A stretch of DNA of 32,000 bases from Candidatus Nanogingivalaceae bacterium (GCA_015257795.3 CP072208.2:420001-452000); one strand, 5' to 3'. Counted from the first letter of the stretch, positions 8,351 through 16,650 are shown. Numbers and translations: made by a program. The notes: a model not told the origin generated them from the sequence alone.

Positions 8351-8881
8351 TTATTTTTCATTCCAGCGAGCGATTGATTCCGCAATAACTTCTTTTGCTT
8401 CTTCGATATCGCCAAATTTTTCAACCTTAGTTGTACCAGCTTTTTTCAAATCTTTATAGTGATTAAAGTGGAATTCAATCTGTTTAATAAGCTGCTCTGG
8501 CAAATCCGCCAAAGTCTTATATGCATTACCAGTATCACGATCATCTGCTGGAACAGCGATAATTTTGTCATCAACTTCACCATCGTCGACAAACTTCATC
8601 ACACCAAGAATTCGTGCTTCCAAGAAAATTCCAGTCGTGAGCGGATCATTTGTGATAAGCAAAACATCCAATTCGTCACCATCTTCATCAAGAGTTTGTG
8701 GGATAAATCCGTAATTTGTAGGTTTTGCAAAAACTTTTGGCTCCACACGATCTAGTTGCATCACAGCCAATTCACGATTCCATTCAATCTTATGAGTTGA
8801 GCCAGTAGGAATTTCAACCACAACATTAATAATTCCGTCTTGATAATTTCCAGGTGTTAAAATTTTATTAAAATCAGCCAT
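8351..8881 (-). CDS. ppa: Inorganic pyrophosphatase (family I)
   Basis: 176 aa. Blocks YGFIPQTLDEDGDELDVLL and DDKIIAVPADD are typical family I PPase acidic motifs. Confidence 0.9.
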   Translation of the reverse strand: MADFNKILTPGNYQDGIINVVVEIPTGSTHKIEWNRELAVMQLDRVEPKVFAKPTNYGFIPQTLDEDGDELDVLLITNDPLTTGIFLEARILGVMKFVDDGEVDDKIIAVPADDRDTGNAYKTLADLPEQLIKQIEFHFNHYKDLKKAGTTKVEKFGDIEEAKEVIAESIARWNEK

Positions 8882-8905
8882 ATTTTCCTTTCTTTTCTTT
8901 CTCTA

Positions 8906-8934
8906 ATTTTAACAAAAAAACAACTTGTTTTCAA
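8906..8934 (-). promoter_or_regulatory. Putative ppa promoter
   Basis: On the minus strand: TTGAAA (8929-8934), 17 nt, TAAAAT (8906-8911). The 24-nt leader contains AAAGGAAAA. Confidence 0.5.
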
Positions 8935-8948
8935 GATCTGGCCATACA

Positions 8949-8977
8949 TTGACATAAAAAGACATATATGATATAAT
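8949..8977 (+). promoter_or_regulatory. Putative consensus promoter of the 129-aa gene
   Basis: TTGACA (8949-8954), 17 nt, TATAAT (8972-8977), a perfect consensus. Confidence 0.6.
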
Positions 8978-9008
8978 TTAAAAATCACAAATGAAGGAGG
9001 TCTCAAAA

Positions 9009-9398
9009 ATGGGACTTAAAAATTCAGCACATTTCATTGGTATTATTAGAGGTAATTTTATCGAATTACGTGATTACGACGATATTCAAGATCTGCAAGA
9101 TGGGACTATGATTATTATTTTTACGCCCACTTTAGATGAACAAGAAGCGCTCAGAAAATTAATCGCAATATTCAAAGGCTTAACTCAATCCAAACTGCAA
9201 TCCGAAATTAATAGTTTCGAAAGAATTCCAAACCTTTTCGAACCAGATTTCTTAAAAAACTTAGGAATGTCTCGTCAGGCCCGAATTACTAAAAAATCTA
9301 GGGAGAACGAAATTCTATTAAAAAAATATCGCACCCCGGTTGTTAGCACTAAAAAACGCTTCCAATCACGAAAAATACCAATGACATCAAAAAAATAA
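9009..9398 (+). CDS. Hypothetical protein (129 aa; acidic N-terminal domain, basic C-terminal tail)
   Basis: The track ORF begins at 8991, but that ATG is itself part of AAGGAGG. The in-frame ATG at 9009 lies 8 nt after this Shine-Dalgarno, so I prefer 9009. Confidence 0.55.
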   Translation: MGLKNSAHFIGIIRGNFIELRDYDDIQDLQDGTMIIIFTPTLDEQEALRKLIAIFKGLTQSKLQSEINSFERIPNLFEPDFLKNLGMSRQARITKKSRENEILLKKYRTPVVSTKKRFQSRKIPMTSKK

Positions 9399-9432
9399 AG
9401 GAGAGCGGATATTTGCTCTCTTATTCTTTATT
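9399..9432. terminator. Bidirectional intrinsic terminator between convergent genes
   Basis: Stem GAGAGC (9401-9406) pairs with GCTCTC (9415-9420). It is flanked by an A-run upstream and a T-rich run downstream, and overlaps the yacL stop codon. Confidence 0.6.
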
Positions 9433-10377
9433 CGCAAGTTCGACCAAACTCGCTTCCATCGATTTTTGTGTTCGGCGACGAGTTTGAGTTTTAGGCTTTT
9501 GGCTTTTTTCCTTAGTCTTTGATGTATTTTTTGCGCTCGGTTTTGCTTTGACCGCCCTCTTATTCTTTTTACTTCGAGATTCAACATTATTTTTTTTCGA
9601 AACTTCTACTTGTGTATTTTGCACAGGCTTTTCGACTTTCGAATTTTTAACAGCACGACCTTTACTTTTCGTATTTTCGATTTTTGCTTTTTTAACGCCC
9701 ACTGGTCGTGCAAACATCATTTTTCCCGCAGCAGTTTGAAGTGAACGAATAAATTCTACCTCACTAATTGTTCCAATTAAATTTTCGCCGTTTTCAACAA
9801 CAACCATTGTACCATCAGGTAAATGTCCGATACCTTGCTTTTTCTCATTTCCTTTTTGGGTAATTTCAAGCATGATTTTTTCACCCGGCAGATAATCCGC
9901 TCTAACAGACTGAACGAGTTCATTGATATTTAAAACCTCAATTCCTTCAACCTTAGCAACTTTATTAAGATTGTAATCTGCTGTCAAAATTTCAGCATTC
10001 ATTTTTTTAGCCAACGAAAGCAATCGATTATCAACCCCCTCTGAAGCAGAATTTCCATCAGCTAAAATACTTACTGTCACCTTTTCTTCGCTCTGAAGGG
10101 CTGAAATAATATCTAGCCCATATCTTGCTCGAACCCGTTTTTCATCATCTCCACCATCAGCTAAAATCTGTAATTCGCCAACAACACTTCGAGGAATTAA
10201 AATATCAAAATTAATAAACCCAGTTCTTGCTACTGCCAAAAAACGCCCGTCGATTAAAATTGAAGTATCGACTAGTATTTGCTTTTTTGCTTTCGAAATT
10301 AATGGCTTATCCTTTTTAAGATCAAACCAAATTCCGCAAACAATAAATAAAATTAAAACTAATAAAAATGTTTCCAT
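9421..10377 (-). CDS. yacL: PIN/TRAM-domain membrane-anchored protein (YacL-like) with long Lys-rich C-terminal tail
   Basis: 318 aa with an N-terminal TM helix. The PIN block is ILVDTSILIDGRF...VVGELQILADGG. A TRAM-like segment is GEKIMLEITQKG...GHLPDGTMVVVENG. It lies just downstream of radA, as in Firmicutes. Confidence 0.8.
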   Translation of the reverse strand: METFLLVLILFIVCGIWFDLKKDKPLISKAKKQILVDTSILIDGRFLAVARTGFINFDILIPRSVVGELQILADGGDDEKRVRARYGLDIISALQSEEKVTVSILADGNSASEGVDNRLLSLAKKMNAEILTADYNLNKVAKVEGIEVLNINELVQSVRADYLPGEKIMLEITQKGNEKKQGIGHLPDGTMVVVENGENLIGTISEVEFIRSLQTAAGKMMFARPVGVKKAKIENTKSKGRAVKNSKVEKPVQNTQVEVSKKNNVESRSKKNKRAVKAKPSAKNTSKTKEKSQKPKTQTRRRTQKSMEASLVELANKE

Positions 10378-10391
10378 AAAATAATATCCTT

Positions 10392-11744
10392 TTATTGTAA
10401 ATATTTAATTAAGGCTTCGCGCAAATCACGCACCGCTGTCACAAAGCTATCTTTCGAAGAATTTTTTGGCGCAAGCGCATTCGTAAAACCAAGTTTTTTA
10501 GCTTCCGCAATTCTTCTTTCTGCTTGAGAAACCGTTCGAATTTCACCACCCAAACCAACTTCACCAAATACCACAACACCATCAGAAAGTTTACGTTTAG
10601 CTGCCGCCGAAGCAATCGCCATCGCAACAGCCAAATCTGCCGCACGATCATCAAGCTTAAGCCCGCCCACAACGTTAATATGCACATCTTTATCACTTAA
10701 GTCTAATTTTGTGCGTCGCTGAAGAACCGCAATCAATAAATTAAGTCGATTAATATCAAATCCGCTTGCAGCTCTTTTTGGATAACCAAAATTTGAGGTG
10801 GTAACTAAAGCCTGAATTTCCACTAAAATTGGCCGCGTACCTTCAAGTGTAGCCATAATTATTGACCCATCGGTATTTTGTCGCTCTGCCAAAAGAGCAG
10901 CTGAAGGATTTTCGACAATCTTCAATCCATTATCAACCATTTCGAAAATAGCTGCTTCGCTGGTTGAGCCATAACGATTTTTAACCGCTCTAACTACTTT
11001 GAAACCACCATATCGGTCGCCTTCAAAGTTAAGAACAACATCCACTAAATGTTCGAGAGTTTTGGGTCCAGCAATTGAACCCTCTTTGGTAATATGGCCG
11101 ACCAAAACAACCGCTGTTCCAGATTTTTTCGCAGCCCGAATAATTAAATTAGATGAATTTGTGATTTGCGAAACCGTTCCCGGTGCGCTTGAAACTTCTT
11201 CCATCGCTAAGGTTTGAATCGAATCAATTATAACTAAATCAAAATTGCCTTCACGAATAGTTGCCGAAATATCATCAGCTGAAGTTGAACTGGCGAATTT
11301 CAATTTATTCGATCCCGAAGCACCGAGTCGTTGAGCTCTTAAAGCAACCTGTTCCGCAGACTCTTCACCCGAAACATACAATACTGGTCGAGAGCTGGCA
11401 ATGAAAGATGATACTTGCATTAAGAGTGTTGATTTGCCAATTCCTGGTTGACCAGCAATCAATAACACACCCGCCGGCAAAATTCCACCCCCCAAGACAG
11501 TATCCAGATCTTTTATTCCGCTAGAAATCCTTTCCTGCTTCTTTTCAGAAATAATCTCATTTAAATTTTGCACATCCAAAATGCGCCCGGTTTTAGCACT
11601 TTTACTAATTGCATCCTTACCGGAAGATTCACTAACCTGCTCGACTAGTGTGTTCCAGCGGCCACAATTTTCGCATTTTCCCGACCATTTTGGATAACTA
11701 GCTCCACATTCTTGACATACAAACTTTGTTTTTAACTTCGCCAC
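10392..11744 (-). CDS. radA: DNA repair protein RadA/Sms
   Basis: 450 aa with a GTG start. It has the zinc finger CQECGASYPKWSGKCENCGRWNT, the Walker A GQPGIGKST, the RadA motif KNRYG and a Lon-like C-terminal domain. Confidence 0.95.
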   Translation of the reverse strand: MAKLKTKFVCQECGASYPKWSGKCENCGRWNTLVEQVSESSGKDAISKSAKTGRILDVQNLNEIISEKKQERISSGIKDLDTVLGGGILPAGVLLIAGQPGIGKSTLLMQVSSFIASSRPVLYVSGEESAEQVALRAQRLGASGSNKLKFASSTSADDISATIREGNFDLVIIDSIQTLAMEEVSSAPGTVSQITNSSNLIIRAAKKSGTAVVLVGHITKEGSIAGPKTLEHLVDVVLNFEGDRYGGFKVVRAVKNRYGSTSEAAIFEMVDNGLKIVENPSAALLAERQNTDGSIIMATLEGTRPILVEIQALVTTSNFGYPKRAASGFDINRLNLLIAVLQRRTKLDLSDKDVHINVVGGLKLDDRAADLAVAMAIASAAAKRKLSDGVVVFGEVGLGGEIRTVSQAERRIAEAKKLGFTNALAPKNSSKDSFVTAVRDLREALIKYLQ

Positions 11745-11780
11745 TAGTCTATTTTACCATATGTTAATTATTTTTCGAAA

Positions 11781-12773
11781 TTACAAGCTTGGTGAGCTTA
11801 AATTCGAGTTCATGCTTTTATATAGTTCATTTTGTTGAATGGAAACTTGATTTAACTCTTCTACTTTCGAATTGTAGTTGTTTACTAAATTATTAATAGC
11901 TGTTCGCCACGCCTCTATTTGCCGAATTCTCGCCAAAAGCTTTGCTCGATCCGCATTAAAAGCTTGTTGAGTCTCATAATACCCGCTCTTTGCATTAGAA
12001 TTAAAATTTGCAATATCCGAATTAATTTTCTTAATATCATCTGAATACTTCACGTTTAAGGCTTCAATTTGCTCTTTTTCGGCCTTTAATTCATTACTTA
12101 GCTTTTCGGCTTGATTTTTTAGGTTTTTAAGGTTATTGTCATAACTCTGATATATTTGCACAATCTCTTTTCGATTTTGAAAAAACTTAGCATAATGACT
12201 TTCGAGTTCTTTCGAAATATTCGCATATTCAGTACCAATTAAAGAGTGTAGCTCGTTTATTTTTTCACCAGGCTCAGTCTTTTCGTAAGACTGCATAAGC
12301 TTTTCAAACTCCGGGGTTTTATTTTTTTCGTATTCAGCCTCAAGAAGATTGCCGATTTTTATCCGCTCATCCCGACTCATCCTTTGCCAAATTGCATGCA
12401 AAAGCTCATGTGCCGCAGTCACATCCTTAATTCCATCGAGTTTAGTATTTACAACATTGTATACATGAATTTTTTCAGCTCGATAACATCCTAAAACTGC
12501 TGAATCCCCTTCACTATTTTTACAATTACCATTAAACTCTGCCGAATCTTCAACTTGAGGATTCGAAGCATAAAAAATAGTCTTGCCTGTGTCTGTTGGT
12601 TTTATTCTTTGAACGATTTGGGTGATGTCAGTTGTCGGTTTATAATTTTTTGCGGCAATATAATCTAAAATACCACGCCAATTTAAAAATGTAAAAGCTA
12701 CCGATCCAGAAATTAAAACAAACGATAAAATCGCTCCAAATACCTTAAAAAAAGTTTTATGTTGAAAATTCAT
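11781..12773 (-). CDS. Membrane-anchored hypothetical protein with HExxH motif and coiled-coil C-terminal half
   Basis: 330 aa with an N-terminal TM helix (FGAILSFVLISGSVAFTF). AAHELLHAIW is an HExxH motif. The C-terminal 150 aa are heptad-like and rich in K, E, N and Q. Confidence 0.6.
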   Translation of the reverse strand: MNFQHKTFFKVFGAILSFVLISGSVAFTFLNWRGILDYIAAKNYKPTTDITQIVQRIKPTDTGKTIFYASNPQVEDSAEFNGNCKNSEGDSAVLGCYRAEKIHVYNVVNTKLDGIKDVTAAHELLHAIWQRMSRDERIKIGNLLEAEYEKNKTPEFEKLMQSYEKTEPGEKINELHSLIGTEYANISKELESHYAKFFQNRKEIVQIYQSYDNNLKNLKNQAEKLSNELKAEKEQIEALNVKYSDDIKKINSDIANFNSNAKSGYYETQQAFNADRAKLLARIRQIEAWRTAINNLVNNYNSKVEELNQVSIQQNELYKSMNSNLSSPSL

Positions 12774-12790
12774 ATCATAACCATTATAAT
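12762..12790 (+). promoter_or_regulatory. Putative promoter of the nuclease gene, leaderless geometry
   Basis: TTGAAA (12762-12767), 17 nt, TATAAT (12785-12790), 6 nt, ATG (12797). The -35 lies inside the divergent neighbour's first codons. Confidence 0.55.
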
Positions 12791-12796
12791 ATTTTT

Positions 12797-13474
12797 ATGA
12801 GAAAAAAGCAAAATATCTTTCGAAAGCGACAAACGATTGGTTTAAGCATTTTATTTTTAATTGCGATTGGTGTAGTTTTTTCAATGCCCGATTTCTGGAA
12901 GATACCAAAAAATAATAATTCTTCGAATCAAAATATAAATCAATCTTTAGACGCATTGAGTTCTCTCGAAGTCAAAGGACGCGCACCAAAAACTGGCTAT
13001 TCTCGCGATCAATACGGTAAGGGTTGGGCGAAAGATTCAAGCGGATGCGATACTCGAAATCGAATACTGAAGCGTGATTTAACTAATATTGTTGAAAATT
13101 CTGACTGTAAAATTATTAGCGGAACACTAAACGACCCATATACCGGAAAAACTATTGATTTTTCACGTAAACAAAACGCTTCTGCTATACAAATCGATCA
13201 TGTTGTTGCACTTTCTGACGCCTGGCAAAAAGGCGCTCAACAACTATCAAAAGAAAAACGTATCGAAATTGCCAATGATCCGTTAAATTTATTAGCCGTT
13301 GATGGCCCAGCAAATCAACAAAAAGGCGATTCAGATGCCGCATCCTGGCTCCCTTCAAATAAAAATTTTCGTTGCACCTATGTCAAACGCCAAATTGATG
13401 TAAAGAAAAAATACTCTCTTTGGATTACTCAGGCAGAAAAAAGCGCAATGCAAGATGTATTATCTAGTTGCTAA
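12797..13474 (+). CDS. Secreted or membrane-anchored DUF1524/HNH-type nuclease
   Basis: 225 aa with an N-terminal signal-anchor (IGLSILFLIAIGVVF). Blocks IDHVVALSDAWQKGA and NLLAVDGPANQQKGD match the GmrSD C-terminal (DUF1524) His-Me finger nuclease motifs. Confidence 0.75.
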   Translation: MRKKQNIFRKRQTIGLSILFLIAIGVVFSMPDFWKIPKNNNSSNQNINQSLDALSSLEVKGRAPKTGYSRDQYGKGWAKDSSGCDTRNRILKRDLTNIVENSDCKIISGTLNDPYTGKTIDFSRKQNASAIQIDHVVALSDAWQKGAQQLSKEKRIEIANDPLNLLAVDGPANQQKGDSDAASWLPSNKNFRCTYVKRQIDVKKKYSLWITQAEKSAMQDVLSSC

Positions 13475-14508
13475 TCTAAAATTTTAAACCAATTAAATTT
13501 TTCAAAATCTTCACCCTCGACAATAGCACCTGCTAGATAAAGATTTACATTTTGAAGATTATTTTTATGTGCAAAATAGTTTGCAGCAAATCTCATCTGT
13601 TCAAGTTTCTTTTTCGAAATAGCACCTGTACCCCCGCCAAAATCAGCATTTTTTCGAAATTTAACCTCCGTAAAATAATAATCTTTATTACATTTTGAAA
13701 CAATATCAATTTCACAAAATTTTGTCCGCCAATTACGCGCTATAATATCATGATTTTCCCGTTTTAAAAACTCCGCTACAAAATTTTCTGCATCATCCCC
13801 GAGTTTTTTTGTTGTTATTTTTTTATTTTTTTGCTTTTGATCTTTCTCTAACTTTTCCTTAGATTTTTCTGTAAGTTCCATGATTGGCTTAAAACTTTTG
13901 CGATGAAAACTACTCACACCAAATTCCGCTAAAGCCGCCCGATGCTTTGCAGTTCCATACCCTGAATGCTTCTCGAAACCATAGCAAGAAAATTCAGGTT
14001 TTTTCGAAAGTTCCGCCATAAAATTATCGCGTGCAACTTTAGCGCAAATTGCTGCAGCCGACACGCTCGAAATCAATAAGTCAGCCTTTTTAAGCGTTGA
14101 TGTATGTTTTTCAAGTGGAGTATTAGATAAAAAATTAACAGTTCCATCAATAATAACTTCATCAAAACCAACACCGCAATCCTTGCATTTAGCTTGTACT
14201 TCTTTAACGGCTTTTTTTGTAGCTAATTTTAAACTGTCGCTTAATCCAATCTTATCCAATTCTTCATTCGAAACCCAGCCCAGCCCAACAATTGCTGGAC
14301 TTTCACGAATTTCTGATACTATTTTTTCTCGTTGCTTTTTTGTAAGAGCCTTCGAGTCTGTTAATCCATCAATTTGTGCATTATTCAAAATGCAAGCCCC
14401 GACAACTAAAGGGCCAGCCCAAGCTCCGCGACCAACCTCATCGATTCCTAAAATCATATTTCTATTATACAAAAAATCGCTCAGAAATACGAGCGATTTT
14501 TTACCCAT
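13471..14508 (-). CDS. rnhB: Fusion protein: RNase HII (N-terminal) + YraN/UPF0102 PD-(D/E)xK endonuclease-like domain (C-terminal)
   Basis: The RNase HII blocks are GIDEVGRGAWAGPLVVGA and DSKALTKKQRE. After a Lys-rich linker comes GDDAENFVAEFLKRENHDIIARNWRTKFCEIDIV...YFTEVKFR, the YraN family signature. An alternative start at ATG 14457 gives MILGIDEVGRG. Confidence 0.85.
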   Translation of the reverse strand: MGKKSLVFLSDFLYNRNMILGIDEVGRGAWAGPLVVGACILNNAQIDGLTDSKALTKKQREKIVSEIRESPAIVGLGWVSNEELDKIGLSDSLKLATKKAVKEVQAKCKDCGVGFDEVIIDGTVNFLSNTPLEKHTSTLKKADLLISSVSAAAICAKVARDNFMAELSKKPEFSCYGFEKHSGYGTAKHRAALAEFGVSSFHRKSFKPIMELTEKSKEKLEKDQKQKNKKITTKKLGDDAENFVAEFLKRENHDIIARNWRTKFCEIDIVSKCNKDYYFTEVKFRKNADFGGGTGAISKKKLEQMRFAANYFAHKNNLQNVNLYLAGAIVEGEDFEKFNWFKILD

Positions 14509-14514
14509 AAGCTA

Positions 14515-14940
14515 TTAAGCTTCTTCTTTTTCTTCAACCTTTTCTTCGGCTTTTGGAGCTTCAGGTAAAGTGTTTACAGCCTCACGATCAAAAACAACTG
14601 GTTTAAGGCGGGCACTTTTACCACTTCGGTTTCTCAAGAATGAAAGATAGTTTCGGCGAACTTTTGAACGACGAACAATTTCAATCTTTTCTACTAATGG
14701 ACTATGAAGAAGGAAAGATTTCTCAACACCAACGCCACTAGCAATTTTTCGAACAGTAATTCGAGAAGTATGAGATTTTTTACGGTCAGTTCGAATAACT
14801 ACACCTTCAAAAATCTGGATTCGCTCTTTATTACCTTCTTTAATTTTTTGGTGAACGCGAACAGTATCGCCACTTTTAATATCAAGAACGGCGTGTTTTT
14901 TCTGTGCGTCATTAACTTTTTTGATTAACTCAAAACTCAT
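14515..14940 (-). CDS. rplS: 50S ribosomal protein L19
   Basis: Blocks GDTVRVHQKIKEGNKERIQIFEGVVI and RKIASGVGVEKSF are L19 signatures. The track ORF starts at an upstream TTG (14973). ATG 14940 (MSFELIKK...) matches the canonical L19 N-terminus. Confidence 0.9.
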   Translation of the reverse strand: MSFELIKKVNDAQKKHAVLDIKSGDTVRVHQKIKEGNKERIQIFEGVVIRTDRKKSHTSRITVRKIASGVGVEKSFLLHSPLVEKIEIVRRSKVRRNYLSFLRNRSGKSARLKPVVFDREAVNTLPEAPKAEEKVEEKEEA

Positions 14941-14982
14941 ATTTTCACTCACTTTTAAATTTAATATATACAATCAAGGTTT

Positions 14983-15011
14983 ATTATAGCACACTTTTTA
15001 GGTTTTGTGAA
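14983..15011 (-). promoter_or_regulatory. Putative rplS promoter
   Basis: On the minus strand: TTCACA (15006-15011), 17 nt including TGc, TATAAT (14983-14988). The leader is about 35 nt. Confidence 0.5.
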
Positions 15012-15014
15012 GAG

Positions 15015-16643
15015 CTAAATTACGCGATTTACTTCTTCGATAGTCGTATCGCCCCGTAAAGCTGAAATTACACCCTGTTGCATAAGTGTCAATAAGCCGT
15101 CTTCACGCGCTTGAGCTTCAATTGCTTCGGTTGAAATCATCCCCCTTTCACCACGCAAGAATGCCGCAATATTATCATTTACAACCATCATTTCCATCAC
15201 CACAATTCGCCCCTTATACCCAAATGGACTCTCTTCTGAAGGCATTGGTTTCCAAAGCTTAAAATCACCCGAGATATCTTGTGGGATTTTTTCTGCAGGA
15301 ACCCCATCTAAAACGCTTCGAACCCAGTTCTTAGTTGCTTCATCAGGTATATATTCTTTTGCATTCTTGTCTAATTTTCGGACAAGTCGCTGAGCTATTA
15401 AAAGTCGAATCGCTGTTGAAAAGATAGGGTTTAGCCCGATCATATCAATCATACGCGAAAAAGCTGCACTAGTTGAATTGGCGTGAAAACTCGAAAGCAC
15501 CAAGTGTCCCGTAATCGAAGCTTGAATTGCCGTTCGCGCAGTGTCATTATCACGAATCTCACCAACCATCACGACGTCTGGGTCAAGACGCAAAACCGAG
15601 CGCAAACCGTCGGCAAAGCTTGCACCGTGTGTTGTATCAATAGGGATTTGCGAAATTCCACCAATTCCATACTCAATCGGGTCTTCAAGCGTAATAATCT
15701 TCCGGTCAAGCGTGTTTAAAGCGTTAAGCATCGAGTATAGTGTTGTTGATTTACCCGAACCAGTTGGACCAACCATCAAAACCATTCCGCGTGGATGTGA
15801 AATAATCTCATCAATTTCTGCTCGCTCTTTTGGTGCAATCCCAAGCAAATCAAGCTGAAGCATACTTTCATCAAAGTTAAACAAACGCATCACCGCATCC
15901 ATTCCATACATTGTTGGCACAGTTTCAACACGCAAATTTAAAAGATGCGAAGTCCCATCACGATAAATATCCTTCTGCATATGCCCAGATTGTGAAGTTT
16001 TTGAAGCGCTCGAAACCCCTGCGCGCGAAGAAAGTTCACCCATAATAACACGGTACCGATCTCGTCCAAGTTCAGCAACCGGGTGGAGTGCACCATCAAC
16101 ACGCATTCGAATTCGAATCGTCTGACGTTGATTTTCGATGTGAATATCGCTCGCGCCAAGCCTATCTGCTTGATCGATCAAATAATCAAAAACCTGATCA
16201 GAGGCAACATTTGCTAGGGTTTGGCTAACTTTATCTAAAGTAGTACTATCACCCTCTCCGGCAATTTCAATATCATCATAAATAATCTTTTTTGGCGGAT
16301 CATACCTCCGCATAATATTTTTCCAAGCACTCTCAGAAATTAAGAAAAGCTCAAGAGTTTTACCTTCTTCCTGGTATTTTTTACTCAATTTTTGTATTAC
16401 TGAACGTGGAGTTTGACTCGTAATCAGAATCCTCCAAGGTTTATTCGTATCAATATCACCAATTTGTAGTGGCGCCAAAAAAGCACGATACATTTGTTCG
16501 TTAGTAAAAAGATCTCTAGCTAGTGGAAAAATATTCTCAAATTCCCTAGTGTCAAGATAAGTTAAGCCTAAAATACCAGCACGCTGCTCGGTTGCTTCTT
16601 CCTCTTTTTGCCGACGCATTAACTGAACTTTATCTTCTTCCAT
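15015..16643 (-). CDS. pilB: Type II/IV secretion family ATPase (PilB/GspE-like, type IV pilus assembly ATPase)
   Basis: 542 aa. It has the Walker A GPTGSGKST, the Asp box ITLEDPIEY, the Walker B DPDVVMVGEIRD and the His box GHLVLSSFHAN. Confidence 0.9.
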   Translation of the reverse strand: MEEDKVQLMRRQKEEEATEQRAGILGLTYLDTREFENIFPLARDLFTNEQMYRAFLAPLQIGDIDTNKPWRILITSQTPRSVIQKLSKKYQEEGKTLELFLISESAWKNIMRRYDPPKKIIYDDIEIAGEGDSTTLDKVSQTLANVASDQVFDYLIDQADRLGASDIHIENQRQTIRIRMRVDGALHPVAELGRDRYRVIMGELSSRAGVSSASKTSQSGHMQKDIYRDGTSHLLNLRVETVPTMYGMDAVMRLFNFDESMLQLDLLGIAPKERAEIDEIISHPRGMVLMVGPTGSGKSTTLYSMLNALNTLDRKIITLEDPIEYGIGGISQIPIDTTHGASFADGLRSVLRLDPDVVMVGEIRDNDTARTAIQASITGHLVLSSFHANSTSAAFSRMIDMIGLNPIFSTAIRLLIAQRLVRKLDKNAKEYIPDEATKNWVRSVLDGVPAEKIPQDISGDFKLWKPMPSEESPFGYKGRIVVMEMMVVNDNIAAFLRGERGMISTEAIEAQAREDGLLTLMQQGVISALRGDTTIEEVNRVI

Positions 16644-16650
16644 TAATCTA

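Noticed and set aside
14458-14508. Choice between ATG 14508 and ATG 14457 as the rnhB-yraN start; a TATAAT (14464-14469) lies 6 nt before the ATG at 14457
   Set aside because: I could not decide from sequence alone. There is no acceptable -35 or extended -10 for the internal promoter, so I kept the longer ORF and noted the alternative.
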